Source of the DNA: Sporopachydermia quercuum
Taxonomy: Eukaryota
Assembly: GCA_001599295.1 (NCBI GenBank)
Contig: BCGN01000007.1
Coordinates: 446,433 to 510,432, forward strand
Length of the DNA: 64,000 nt
Reading direction: 5' to 3'
Below the pieces are notes generated by a model that was not told the DNA's origin, ran no database searches, and saw only the letters and a list, made by a program, of their open reading frames with translations. Made by a program: the position numbers and the translations under genes. This document shows, in pieces, positions 47,754-60,795 of the stretch. The stretch's first letter is position 1. Each line of letters starts with the position of its first letter.

Positions 47754-48414
47754 AAGAAGAAATGTAATTAATGATGAAGGTATGAATATGGGAATAATTA
47801 GGCAAGCGACGAGGAGGAAGAAGACTAATACGAGGTAAATATCGATGAGCTGGGAAAAGAAACTATTGTTCCAATAGTGTTTATTTTAGTATTCAGAGGA
47901 ATATTATTAATTTTTATTATTCATTTTGAAGGTAATGATGGTTGTAACTACAATGTATGACAATCTGTATACAGTTTTTCTTTAACATAATGATTTTATC
48001 ATGTTTCGTTGCATCACATTTCTTGTTTTAAAGACACAATGCATACCATTATATAGATAACGAACGAAAAGGAGGTAAAATATATAAAATCATTCTTTTG
48101 CGTCCCTGATTATTGCTTTGTATCAGCCATACGCATTATCGACAGTTCATTCATTTATAACAGAATTATACCTATGAGATTTGTGGCATATACTTTCAGT
48201 TTGCATAATAATAACGTTATGCTCATCTCATCATCAAGCAATCCTCGGCTCAAGCACTTTGAAGACATCAACATTAGGGATTATAAGATCTTTAGCAATA
48301 TAAAATTCCACTTTTATCACAATTTATATTTTCTGCGTTGTTCCCATTTATTCTTAAGATCTCTCCGCTTATAAACAAAATTCCACCAGTTTCCACACAG
48401 TCTTAAACCAGCCT

Positions 48415-49422
48415 TCATTTCCTGTATGGCAAATTACTTTCTTTCTTAGCTGCTACGCTGCTAGTTCCTCCAACTTCTCCTTCAACGAAAACATCTCGAA
48501 CACTTCTCTTCTGCAGCCGACCAGTAGATCTTAAACTACCTATCGTCGTGGAACCTGAGCCTGCCCCTGAGCACCCACTATAGCCTGATCCCTCCTGAAT
48601 ATTTTGAGCATTTTGAGCATTCAGTAGCCCGAAATTTGATTGCAAAGAATCATAAGAACTACTGTTTGATCCTAGATTGCTGTTTCCTCTTGAATGGGAA
48701 TCCTCGGTGTCGTTAAGCCTTATCTGTCTTCTAGCTTTACATATATCTTCAAATGCTAACAAATAATGGCGTAGAGAATTATCAACAGTTATGCACAATC
48801 TTTTTGATTGAACAAATTGAAATGCTTCCTGAAACCCGATATTGAATGTCTCCATCAGATAGGCAATTATCAAAGCTGCGCTTTTATTATTTCCATTCTC
48901 ACAGAGAAACAGCACTGACTTAGATGAATTGTAGGCAAGTGACTGGTTAACTATCTTATTCACAGTTGATAGAATACTAACAAAAGGAAGTGAATGAATC
49001 AAGGGAGATTTAACGGAGTATATCAGTGAGAGTCTCACGTTATTGTTGAGATAATGATTTAGGAACTTTTCCATTTCCATTTGATCAATCTCCAATGTAT
49101 TGTCTTCAAGAAATAATGGATTCCCAGGAATATATTCATCGTCAATAAGGAAAGGATGGAAATTGGGAAACTTAATATTTTTCTGGCTCAGCCAAAATGC
49201 GTTTTGAATACAAGGGCCAATTAGTATTACTGTTGATATGTTTTTCTCCTGAAGAAAAGCTGTGTCGTCAGTAGTAGATAAAGGCCCAAGGAATACTCTG
49301 GATGCTATTTCTTGGGCCTTAGATCTGTCATTGTAATTCCAATCGGCAGAAGAAAAAGATCGATTAAGAAAAGATGGTTCAACATCCACTCTAGGAAAAG
49401 AAACAGTGGCCTCAGGGATCAT
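48415..49422 (-). CDS. STYX-like dual-specificity phosphatase-fold protein (probable pseudophosphatase)
   Basis: 'DWNYNDRSKAQEIASRVFLGP' resembles the STYX N-terminus. Also 'VLFLCENGNNKSAALIIAYLM' and 'EAFQFVQSKRLCI'. Confidence 0.75.
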   Translation of the reverse strand: MIPEATVSFPRVDVEPSFLNRSFSSADWNYNDRSKAQEIASRVFLGPLSTTDDTAFLQEKNISTVILIGPCIQNAFWLSQKNIKFPNFHPFLIDDEYIPGNPLFLEDNTLEIDQMEMEKFLNHYLNNNVRLSLIYSVKSPLIHSLPFVSILSTVNKIVNQSLAYNSSKSVLFLCENGNNKSAALIIAYLMETFNIGFQEAFQFVQSKRLCITVDNSLRHYLLAFEDICKARRQIRLNDTEDSHSRGNSNLGSNSSSYDSLQSNFGLLNAQNAQNIQEGSGYSGCSGAGSGSTTIGSLRSTGRLQKRSVRDVFVEGEVGGTSSVAAKKESNLPYRK

Positions 49423-52098
49423 CCTTGTTGTTTTGTTAGAAGCTAAAATGGATTGATGATAAGATCTGCCGGAAGTAGCTCATGCGGTTATTGATAGTCT
49501 CCAGTGGAAGAGGCTAACATTTAGAAGTTTCCTAAAGGAAACAAATGCAGAAATTTATTGAGAATTGTGTTCCAGTGGTTAGGGATATAATAAGTATAAT
49601 TCAGTTATCTTTTGTTATACACAGCTAAAGACTCTAATCAATCAGCTTCGTTAGCTAGTAAATGGGTTGATTCCTTAACAAACACAGCACAAGAAAGTCT
49701 GGAGTGTCTAACCATATTTATGCATATATATGCATAGTTAATGCAAGCTAAGTTTTAGAGAGAAACGCAAAGGGTTAATTGTGTATTGTGGAGATTATGA
49801 GAATTGAGAATATAAAGTAGGACTAAAAAATTACAACATCAATTTTGATAGGGAGACTATTATATCACATTATTTCAGTAGTGAAAATGTTCTTTTGAGG
49901 TTTATTGAAAAGAAAAGTGAAAAGTTGTGCGGAGTGATGCCATGCTCAAATAGCATTGTACTTCGCCAAAAGAGAAAAAAATAAAGTTGTCCATCTGCAT
50001 ACTCGCTTAATTTTCCGATTGGGGTTGTAGTTTGGGAGCGCACGTGAGATAACAGTTCATGCATAATCATGCAGGCACCTGGGAATAGAAGATTGATTTT
50101 AGAATAAGTACCTTCAATCTGATCATGTAATATTATTTCGAATATTACATAGTACGATAAGTCGGACTTCTAAAATATTATTCAATTAAAACTTTGAGCA
50201 CTACTTTATCTCTTGGTTTTAAAAGCGTGTTCTCAGCTCAAACTGGTGCACTAATAACGGTTGTTGAATGAGGACTTAGATTCCAACGAATGTACAACAA
50301 AATGTCATTTATAACAATTTTGCAACGCTTATCTGTGATGAAACCCAAACCATTTTCCAGTTGCCATTGTTACCTACCTTGATAAACTCCCAAAATTTTA
50401 TCANTCTAGTGGATGTTAATCATTCATGTTGAACTCATCTTCTTCCTGGTTCTAGATTTCTCACCTCTTTAGTAGCTGCTCGCTAAGAGAGTAAGAGACA
50501 ACCCTCTTGAATCTTTCAATATGTTTATGAATGCTTTAACGCAGAGACTTGCACTGTTTTAAGTGAAAGTTAATTAATAATCAATAGGGACACACTGCCC
50601 TCATAATTTTAATATCTACCAAATGTCCAAACGGCATTTCGAGTCATGAATTGATTATGTCTGTTGATGCTCACCGGTTTCTTATCTGAAATCTAGGATT
50701 AAAGTTTTTATTTCTCTTTCGTAGTGATTTGTCAGGATAATTTGTCAGGATTATTTTAGGTCCTATAATCATTCTTGTCTTTGCCTACTCTCTTTCAACA
50801 TCCTACTTTTTTAGGACCATATTGATAGACAAGGTAACTACTATTTTACCCAGAGCGCAAAATAGTTGTGCGATATAGGTTATAGGTTATTGCTAATTTG
50901 GATGTTGGAGTACGTCCTTCTTGCTTAGTCTGTCCAGCCCCCGATCGCGTGATTAAAAGGACATACAATATGTAGGAATATGCACTCAAACTCAACATCA
51001 AGAATTTTAACTTAAAAGGTATATGTAAAAGCCTGACAATCCTGACGTTGCTCGATATTAATTTCAACCCAATTAAGATTGAAGTTCACTTAAATGCATA
51101 CTGTCTACATATCATCTAAAACCCTATTTTCCTATTTGAATAAGGATCAACTATATTTTCTTCAAACAGNTGAGATAAGTTTAAAGAAAAATAAACAAAC
51201 ATAGAGAAAAGTATTTGAATCATTAGAATATTAGTATCTTTATTTGCTTGGGATATGCGTAGACTGTCATGGATTTTGATTCTACTGGCCTGAAGTGAAT
51301 ACGATGGAACGTCCNATAGATGAAGAGCAGAGTAAATGGTGAAGAAGACTAGCAAGATAAAGTAATAAAAAAATTGTTATTGCATATATATTTCTTTCCA
51401 ATATGGAAGATGGAAGTAAGACAGTAGTAGTAGTATCAGGGGCGGCATGAACAGATAAGACAACAATAGGACCCCGCCTCATACATGGAAGGTGATAAAC
51501 ACAATAGTTATTCTAGCAGAGACATTTCATTTTCTCATCAATCGCTTTAAAATATAACAAACGTGTGATTTCGTTGAATATTAAGCTCTGTAGTTAATTT
51601 AAGTGTAGAACTCTATGTTCGTAGACCGTTAAATCTGTTTAGTTCTTCCTTTGGCTAAAGAAACAAATGTTGGTCGTTTCAAATTGATAGTCGCAATTAG
51701 CCTAGACTTCGTCATAAGCAGAGAGTGTACGTTAAAACTGAAACATGTTCTAGAGTTTGAATAAATAATATCATTCTTAGAATCTATCGTGGACATCCAC
51801 CGTTATTCAAACAATCCTCAATATGTTTACAGTCTGTCAAGTTTGGTTCTTACATAACTAGTAGATTGCATTTCCGGGTCATATCTACCCTGTATTTCCT
51901 ATTTGAAATTCTACCATCTGGTATTGAAAACTAGAAAAAAGCTAATTAAGTTATACCTACTCGCACAGCTAGTTCTTTCCACAATTTGATTCCACATTAC
52001 CATTTCTTCTTGTTTTCTTTCCTTTCAAGACATTTGAGTTCTGGAAGTCTTTTTTGATTCTCCAAATTCAAACCCGAATCTTATTTCAATTTAAACCC

Positions 52099-55071
52099 TT
52101 AAAAAGTAGAAAGGAATCCAATAACTCCAGAACAATATTTATTTAGTTCATCCAAGCTTTCAAGACTCTTTCTTTGGATAACTTCCCATTCTTTCAAACT
52201 CTCCATCAACTGTGGTGACCGCTCTTTATTACTGATGATAACGTCTCCATGAGCACGAAGGAACATCTTCATCCAAGCTTGTGCCAAATCAAAATTAGCT
52301 TTACTTTCAGCAGCAAATGTCATTGCTTCAATGAATGCAATCAACTCTATGAACGGATGGAACATGTTGAGTGACTTAATCTCTAAATCAGTTAAAGCTG
52401 GGGATAAATTTGTCAGGTAAGTAATAAGTGGTTCATATTCGGAGTTGGCATGAGAGGTCATAAGGAGATCCGTAAAAGTAGAGGAAACCGAGATAGCGGA
52501 AGCTAAAGCCGAGACAGGTGTTGATTTGGAAATAGACGAGGTGAGAGTTCTCGAGTCTCCGATAAGACTTCCGNTATCACCATTTGCTCCGTTATTGTTT
52601 CTGTTTTCATGGCCAAGATTCGCTCCGGCGCTTCCTAAGAAAAACGGCAGCTTTTCCGGCTTCTTTGGAGCCTCTTTTGGCTTACTACGCATTTTTATCG
52701 TATCCAGATGTACTAGAGTATTGAACCGCGTTTTTGGTCCAACACTAAGAGTAACCAAATCTTTAGAAAGCTGGGTGACAGTTGAATTCTTTCCACCGGT
52801 GCCCTCGATATTATCCTCATCATCGCTGTTATTATCAAACAAACCAGCTAATATACCTTCAGAACTACCTCCAACCGTTGGAACAGCTGTTATTTCATTA
52901 TGNCCATTGCTGCTTCTATTACTATTCAAATCCTCTTCTCTAACGCCATATGCAATTCCCCCAAACTGAGCTCTGTTGCTCCATAGACTAACACCAACAT
53001 TGTTAACATCAGCAGTAGCAATCAATGCTCCATTAGGACTAAACGCAACATCTACCACAACACTGCTCATTTTCATGATATCAATACAGGTACCAGTAGG
53101 TATATCCCATATTCTAACAGTTGCATCCAATGAACTAGAAATGATCCATCTGCTATCAGGACTAAAAGCAATAGATGTTATTCTATTATCATGGCCCCAT
53201 AGCTCTCTGATGATTTTCTTAGTTGTGAGATCAATAATCACCACAGAAAAATTGTCAACAGCAAGTGCAACCAATTGTGAGCTTTCATGAAGAATCATTT
53301 TAGTTACTGGAGCATCTAATTGGATTTTCCCAAATGCTGTACCTTTCTTGAAATTGAAAAACCTGATAACCCCAGAGAGTGAAGTAGCCACCAAGTCCTG
53401 GTTCATAGAAGTAATACAAATCCCAGTCACTGGCGATCCAGGAAAAGCAGAGTACGATTTTCTAAGGATCCCACTTTGAAGATTATAAACAGCAATTGAT
53501 CCTTTGACTGATCCAATCAAACCAAAGTTGCCGCACGACGAAACGCAGACAGAACTAATAGGAGCATTGTCGGGAGTATTTAATTTCCAACGACCAATTC
53601 TTCCAGTAGAACTTCTCCATGTTCTAGCAAACAGTTCTCCTTTATGAGCCGTAATNATATTTTCCCAGTCGGATTCTCTTCGGCTTTGATAAGCAACGGA
53701 AATAATTTCGGGAAGTTTCTCGCCTAATGAACTGAGACTGCTTGCGGCTCGGCCTTTTGGTTTATTGATTCCTGTTATTTTGGGCTCCCTTTGAGAAAAT
53801 TCAGCTGACTGAGCATCTTTACGAAGAGAAAACCTCCAGAAGGATCTATCGCGGGAAGCCGAGAGTAAGAAATGAGAATCATCGTCAGAAAATGAAATTG
53901 AGCTTGGTGGAGCGGAATGGCCACCTCGAGAACGAAGATATCTTGGTGGGGAAATGATCACCCCTCCAGAGAACACATCAGAGCTCATTGGAGGGTCAAA
54001 AACGTATTCTTTCAATTGGTTGTCTCCTCCAGAAGTGACAATGATTGGTTGATTAGGTAAGAAATAAGCAGAAGCGATACCTCCGTGGGTTTCCGAATGA
54101 AGCTGTTTTTGAATATGTATTCGCTTCTTGCGAGCTAGATCATAGAAAAACAAATCCCCCGAGGCNACACCAACAGCAAGAACTGATATTCCGTCTGTTC
54201 GGAAGGTGATAGCTGTAACTGAACTACCAGATGAGGTAGTATTGGTGGTAGTTGTAGAAATACCTCCAGTAGTGAAAGAACGAATAACTGTTGCTTTCCG
54301 GATGTTGTATAGCAAAATCTCACCATTAGAGGTTCCTAATGCAATTATATCAAGCACAGGAGCACAAGTAGCTGTTGTGAGAGTTGCGTTATCTCCACCT
54401 TTACTAATATCAATAGGATTCGTGGTAAAAAGAACATTACCAGTTTTCACATTTATTAACAANAATGATTTCTCGGTGACTGCTACAATCTTATTCAAAT
54501 AAGTAGCTGGATGGATTAGAGAAATCAATGGACCGCTTTCTTCATTGATTCTAATAGTAGTGTAAAGCTCAGAAGGGTACTTTGTAATATTGGCGCCAGT
54601 TGTATTGTTTTTGAATACATACAAAGTATCTTTAGTGGCAGCAATCAAATAATCACCTAAAATGCAAATCTGGGTAATAAATGAATCATTTGCTAGTTCA
54701 ATTTNAAGCAAATGTAACAATTTCCCTCGCTTGAAAATACCTATTTGGTTGCTCCAGGCAGCATAAACATAGTGGAAATGTGCTTGCAGNGCGGTAATCT
54801 TACCAGTTATATCATTTGAAGAAACAAATAATAGATGAAGATTTGCTGCATCAAATATTTGTAAGGCACGTCCAACAGATGTCACAATGTAGAAATTAGA
54901 GCCCAAAGAGCTTGAAGCAAACGGTATTTCATTACATACTAAACCAACTATTCTGTATGGTGATAGTAGATGCTTTTCATCCTTGTGTTTCTGAGTATGT
55001 TGTAATGAAGAACTTTCACTATTTTGCTGCAATTTTCTTCTTTTAGTACTTTCATCAGTAACAGAAGGCAT
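52099..55071 (-). CDS. UTP21: SSU processome UTP-B WD40 subunit Utp21 (WDR36)
   Basis: 'PPRYLRSRGGHSAPP', 'RESDWEN.ITAH', WD40 repeats and 'RSKPKEAPKKPEKLPFFL'. Confidence 0.95.
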   Translation of the reverse strand: MPSVTDESTKRRKLQQNSESSSLQHTQKHKDEKHLLSPYRIVGLVCNEIPFASSSLGSNFYIVTSVGRALQIFDAANLHLLFVSSNDITGKITXLQAHFHYVYAAWSNQIGIFKRGKLLHLLXIELANDSFITQICILGDYLIAATKDTLYVFKNNTTGANITKYPSELYTTIRINEESGPLISLIHPATYLNKIVAVTEKSXLLINVKTGNVLFTTNPIDISKGGDNATLTTATCAPVLDIIALGTSNGEILLYNIRKATVIRSFTTGGISTTTTNTTSSGSSVTAITFRTDGISVLAVGXASGDLFFYDLARKKRIHIQKQLHSETHGGIASAYFLPNQPIIVTSGGDNQLKEYVFDPPMSSDVFSGGVIISPPRYLRSRGGHSAPPSSISFSDDDSHFLLSASRDRSFWRFSLRKDAQSAEFSQREPKITGINKPKGRAASSLSSLGEKLPEIISVAYQSRRESDWENXITAHKGELFARTWRSSTGRIGRWKLNTPDNAPISSVCVSSCGNFGLIGSVKGSIAVYNLQSGILRKSYSAFPGSPVTGICITSMNQDLVATSLSGVIRFFNFKKGTAFGKIQLDAPVTKMILHESSQLVALAVDNFSVVIIDLTTKKIIRELWGHDNRITSIAFSPDSRWIISSSLDATVRIWDIPTGTCIDIMKMSSVVVDVAFSPNGALIATADVNNVGVSLWSNRAQFGGIAYGVREEDLNSNRSSNXHNEITAVPTVGGSSEGILAGLFDNNSDDEDNIEGTGGKNSTVTQLSKDLVTLSVGPKTRFNTLVHLDTIKMRSKPKEAPKKPEKLPFFLGSAGANLGHENRNNNGANGDXGSLIGDSRTLTSSISKSTPVSALASAISVSSTFTDLLMTSHANSEYEPLITYLTNLSPALTDLEIKSLNMFHPFIELIAFIEAMTFAAESKANFDLAQAWMKMFLRAHGDVIISNKERSPQLMESLKEWEVIQRKSLESLDELNKYCSGVIGFLSTF

Positions 55072-56170
55072 TTTAAAATATGTTGTGCAACACGTTCGTT
55101 TCTATTATACTTCTGTCAATAGTATATTGCTGGTATAAGAATGAACGAATGGATAGTTGATTATTCTGGGGCAATTTTGTGAAAGAGTTCCTAATTATTA
55201 GCAAGATGACTTTGAATAAATTGGAATCAAAAAACAAACGGTTTTCAGTGATTGATTCTGTAGAAATACTAGTATTAAACGGTATAAAACGTAGGTATTG
55301 TTAATAACAATGAATGCTGAATGGTAAGTTAAAATGTTTTTAGTTAGTCGATTTTTCACTGGTAAATAAAAATTTTGTTTAATGTGTAAAATAAGCTTTG
55401 AGACCAAGGTGTTCGACTTTATATTTTATATTGATCTATTATACTATTATATAATAAAGGAATATGCATAGATATGTAGTGTTGCTAAGTCTTTATGCAT
55501 TATTGTGCGCTTATACTTTTACATAAATATGCATAAAGATATGTCTTACGTGAAAATGTATGGACAGTTGATGTTAAAGTGTATGCCCAGAAATAGTACC
55601 AGAAAAGTACTTCGATAATAAAATTGCTTTAAGAAAACAAAAAGAAAAGAATAAACATTTTTGTTCAAATATAATTATCATTTCTTTACTTTTTTGCATG
55701 TTTTTCAGTACATCAGCTGAAGAAGATCTTCCCTTCATGTACCGCTAATGCGAGATCCTGCATTAATCCTCTTCACATGTACAATCAGCCTATTCCATGT
55801 GGCCAACAACCTCTACTGATAAGACAAACGTCTTCGCATTGCTATGTAAGTAACAACAGACTACTATTTGATATGATGCTAAGGATCCATCATAATAAGC
55901 TATTTATTTCTGTTTATAGTGACTGATTAGAGGCATTTTATTTTAGAAAGAGTTTTATCGACGCTGCAAGAAATATTAAACTTGAAACAGTTGTAGAGTA
56001 GCATAAGGGTTACAATTGANAACAGAGGAGTCATAAAAAGTCATAGCAACAATCCAGCGGTAAACCAGCAATAATTCAGTTTGTGATAATATCCGAGAAT
56101 TTACTGGAATAAAGGCATTGTCATAAAAAATCACCCAAGTGAATTAGCGAGTATATCAAAAGATTACACC

Positions 56171-56757
56171 ATGTCTAGTAACAATACATCGCCTCATAAA
56201 CCTTTTCAAGCATTTGATGGAGGAAAATCTCCATCAGGAAAAGGATTTGATGCCAGACCAAAAATCAAACAGCAAACATTTGATGAGATTTATGGGGTAC
56301 CCGAAAATTTCTTAGAAATCGAAGTGAAGAATCCTCAGACACATGGCGTTGGTAGAAAGATGTATACAGATTATGAAATTGTGTGCAGAGTAAGTTGACT
56401 AGCTACGTTTGCTTAGAGAGTATTTTTTTCTTTATCTTCATGAAAATTCAATAACTAACAGCTTTTCAGACAAATATTCCTGCTTTTAAACTACGACAAT
56501 CTTCAGTAAGAAGGCGATATAGTGATTTTGAAGTGTTTAGAGATATTTTGGAAAGAGAATCAACTAGAGTAACTATTTCACCGCTTCCGGGTAAAGTTTT
56601 TACAAACAGATTCTCAGATGAAGTTATCGAACATCGGCGACAGGGACTAGAAAAGTTCTTGACCTTGACTGCTGGTCACCCATTACTACAAACTGGATCA
56701 AAAGTTCTATCTGCTTTTATTCAAGATCCAAACTGGGATAAAAACCAGTGGATGTAA
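56171..56757 (+). CDS. SNX3: Sorting nexin 3 (PX domain); join(56171..56389,56470..56757)
   Basis: '[43 protein letters not shown]'. Intron GTAAGT(56390)...AACTAAC...CAG(56469). Confidence 0.96.
56390..56469 (+). other. SNX3 intron (80 nt)
   Basis: GTAAGT donor, AACTAAC branch point, CAG acceptor; joins two ORF-track fragments in frame. Confidence 0.92.
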
Positions 56758-57630
56758 AGTTGACTGGATAGCTAGATGGTATGAAAAATGAATTGTCGTA
56801 ATTATTTGAGATATATCAAGAGTTATTTGATGATTTAGTTGTATGAAAATAGTCCGTGGGTTTATGTATAAAGATGTTCTATATGATTTGATCTGGATTG
56901 TGGTTGTACTCAAGTAAATGATAGGAATGGTTTCCAAGTTTGGATTGAGCTCTGGCCTTTAATTGTTGATGCTATTGTAATCTCACTCGAAAGATCTCTA
57001 ATATTTAAATAGTAAATAAATATATTCATCTCTTATAATAAATTGTGTTAAATGAACAAAAACCATCGTAAGACACTATTATAGGTGTTGTTAGATTACG
57101 TGATCCGATTCCAACTTGGGTAGAAAGTACAGTTGATTATGCATACTCGTGCATAATCTATAGATATATCCTTCATTTCAACAAACTCATAAACATATTC
57201 AATATCACGAAGTTATGAAAATGAAACACGGATTGTTTTAAGTATTAAAATGCAGAAAGTAAAGCATTTCAATCAACAATTAAGCTCTATATTCTTATTC
57301 CTGTTTACCTTTACCTATCCTCCTCTTGAACTCTCAGGAACGTCAATTCTACATAGTCCTTGCATGATATACAAAACTCTATTACTATTGCCTTCCATCC
57401 TCTATTTATTTCCTCTTTGAACTACCAGTTACTTTCATTCATTATTTATTCTCACATCTGGTTAAGTGTTAACAAGCTCTTGTTTCTCATAAATGGCCAG
57501 TTACCTTATTTTATCATTTACTATCTACCACAGCTAACTCCGTTCAGTTTCAACTCTTTCTATCCTCTTTCCTATAAGGATTTCATACAATCAATATGAT
57601 TATTATCCTGAGAGGAGGAGTATCATTGCT

Positions 57631-59870
57631 ATGACCTCGGTTTTCGAACAAATACCAAACAAAGACTTAAATCATGTACGATTTCTTACCTTCAACGTCT
57701 GCGGAGTCAAAAATGTGTTTAAATACTATCCTTGGTGTGAAAATCGGACTTTGAATGTAGGTATTTTGCTGTCATTGGGATGATTGATACGAATATCTAT
57801 TCATTGTCTCTTATCATATACATGACATTCTATGCATCTGTACTAACCTAGCACTATTTCTAGTATTTGTTCAACACATTACAAACAGACATAATAGGAC
57901 TTCAGGAGCTCAAACTATCAAAACATGATATTGACTCGTCTATATCAAGTGTTCCGGGATTTCAAGCTTATATTTCAATTCCCCAAGCAAAAAAAGGTTA
58001 TAGCGGTGTAGCTGTATACATTAGAGATGATCTAACAGTAAACGGTAAGCCGTTAAGAGTGATCAAAGCCGAAGAAGGATTGACTGGATATCTCCAATCA
58101 AGGGATGATTCTACTAAAACATATCGGCAGTTATATGATTTTGAGAATGAAAGCCAAACTACCTCTACTAATGATGATGGCCCATGGGCTATTGGAGGAT
58201 ACCCTGATGTTACCTCCAACGAAGGATTGGAAATTGATGCTGAAGGTAGAGCAATTGTTCTAGAGTTTACAGGAAATATAATACTTATCAATGTTTATTG
58301 TCCTGCTAATTCCAACGGAGAAAAAGAGAAATTGCGTGATGATTTTATTACTATTCTCCTAGATAGAATCAGCCGTTTAATAAAACTAGGGAAAAGGGTA
58401 ATACTCATGGGTGATATCAACATAGCCAGAGATTTGATTGATTCTGCTGATGGTATCACGGGATGGAAAAAAGAAGGGAAAGTATCCATGCTTCATTCTG
58501 AACTAGTTGCTTCTTTGAGTACTCCTAACGATATTGGCAGAGCTTTTGAGAAGGTGAATGCCAAAGCTGTGAGCCAATGGAGATCTCTGACATACTATAG
58601 ATCTATATTCAACAGTATGATCACTGATGATCATTCTAATGCTGAGAAGCTTACCAAAGGTGAAAAACTAATAGATCTTGTTAGATTCTTTCAAGGTAGA
58701 ACGCAGGCTTTATACACATGTTGGAATATCTTGAAGAACTGTCGGCCAGGTAATTATGGATCTCGAATTGATTATATCCTTGCTTCTGGTAGTTTATATG
58801 AATGTTTCAATGCTTGTCAAGCGAATATAATGCCATATGTAAATGGTAGTGATCATTGCCCAGTTTATGGAGATTTTCAGTTTGATAAGTTGCCAGAGTT
58901 TGCTGAGAGTGGTTGCAGGGAAACCAGAATTGATGATAATGGTGGCAGTTTACGATCTAGCTATAATGATAAGAATAATGATAATGCCAGTGATATTAAT
59001 GGTCGTAATAATACGATTACTGTTGATAAACATAACGCCTCTACAACTGGCAGTTATAGACTTCCTGGTTTATGCACTGCTTCAAAAAGAACCCAGAAGC
59101 ATTTCCAACACCAATCAAAATCTATGGGGCCTTTAGATATGTTTCTCAGTAAAAAGAAAAAGGTTGANAGCAAATCATCTTCACCAAATGGCAGTACTCC
59201 TACTAGCGAATTCAACTCAGAAAGAGAAACAGATAACGATATCGTGAAACAAGAATCGTCCCGTAAACTCAATGAACAACCATTTTCTCAAACACAAGCT
59301 TCATCTTATTCCAGCCAACAGTCTCTACCATCCTCCACAGCGACAAGTAGACCATCCACATCTTTCAAGTATAAAAGCAGCAAGAAAACTAGAGAGAAGA
59401 AAAGAAACAACCAGTCGTTTCTTGATGGGTTTCTTCTCAGCAAGAAGACCAAATTAAGGGGAACTGCTGATAACTCCACTAATTCTGCTACTAGTTCTTC
59501 TACTAATAGTGTTGTTCCTACCAATAACTCTACGGCCAATAACCAATATTCATTGTCTCAATCTCCTTCATCGTCACAGGCAATCGTTATATCGAATGAA
59601 TCTCCAGCTTGTTCTCAGCCAGATGTACAAACTGAAAGCAAAGCATCCATTTCAATCAATTCATTTGCAGCCATTAAAAACTTCCAATCAGTTAAATTAA
59701 ATGCACCTCTATGTTCAGGTCATTCAACTCCATGTATATTGAAAATAGCGAATAAACCAAGCAAAATAGAAAACAAAGGTAGAAGATTTTGGATTTGTTC
59801 CAAACCATATGGAGATTATGATCATGAGCCTGAGAAGTATCGATGTAACTACTTCAAATGGGTTGTATAA
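57631..59870 (+). CDS. APN2: ExoIII-family AP endonuclease Apn2/APE2; join(57631..57756,57864..59870)
   Basis: Exon 1 'RFLTFNVCGVKNVFKYYPW', then LQELK, KKGYSGV, EGR, NVYCP, GDIN, GSRIDY, GSDHCP and a C-terminal GRF zinc finger (C..H..C..NKGRRFWICS..C). Confidence 0.94.
57757..57863 (+). other. APN2 intron (107 nt, GTAGGT donor)
   Basis: GTAGGT...TACTAAC(57841)...TAG(57863). The proximal TAG ending at 57851 is too close to the branch point and would give a stop. Confidence 0.85.
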
Positions 59871-60795
59871 TATGAATGAGGATTAAATGTTAGATGTAAT
59901 ACGAGCAAGGAATAGTACCGTTAATTTAGTGAGAGCAATGGTTGTACTAGTAAGGTACGATTGGTAGATAAATAAAGGATATAATGTATTTAAGTAAGGT
60001 AATAGAAATGAACAGAATAGAATTACTGATAAGATGATCATTTGCTAGCACTATATTCATACGCTATTCAAATAGGCTGTTTTACCAGTACAGTTAGTCC
60101 TAGCAATACTGATTGCTGTTGCAATATTAATATATATCTCCACTATAGTACCTGACAGCACTTTTTTCATAGTTGAAAACTAAGGGTTTATGGACATAAG
60201 AAGGCATTATCAATATAGCAATATATGTTTTGCAGAGCATCTAGGTTTCTCCAACTATCTCCGGCATTATTGTCAGCAGTTCAGATGAACCAGAAAACCC
60301 ATTGGATTAATGCTTTGTCTTACTGCTAGAAGTGACAATAGTAGCAGCTGTGGCATGTACTCTAGCAGTAGTACACGCGCCTATTTGTTGAATGCCATTT
60401 AGATCCCTTGGGTTATCTACTAAATGTAAAGCAATAGCAGTTTTTAATGATACATCATAAATAACAATTGTATCTTCATTCGCTTGGGAGTTTGGTTGTT
60501 GCTCAGCTTTTATTCTCTTTATAAATTTGCTCACCTGTAGTAGGATCAAATTTCGAGTGTTGTTGATTTGATTATTGAATTCAGCCAAGTTTTCATTTCA
60601 GGAATCTTCTTCTTCTCCTATAATCTTCTTATGATTGATTGGTGATACTCTGAAGGATCACTTGCAGATAGGGAACAGCTAATAATGACTGTTGCTTTAT
60701 TCCGTTACTCCAACATAGTTTGTTTCAATGGTCGCTAGATTAGTTATCATTATAGCTATCACAATTCCTTGCCTCCCAAATTCAGCTCCTATTTC

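Noticed and set aside
60307..60588. 93-aa minus-strand ORF downstream of POP8
   Set aside because: TTG start with an upstream stop, no splice signals linking it to anything, and no recognisable family.
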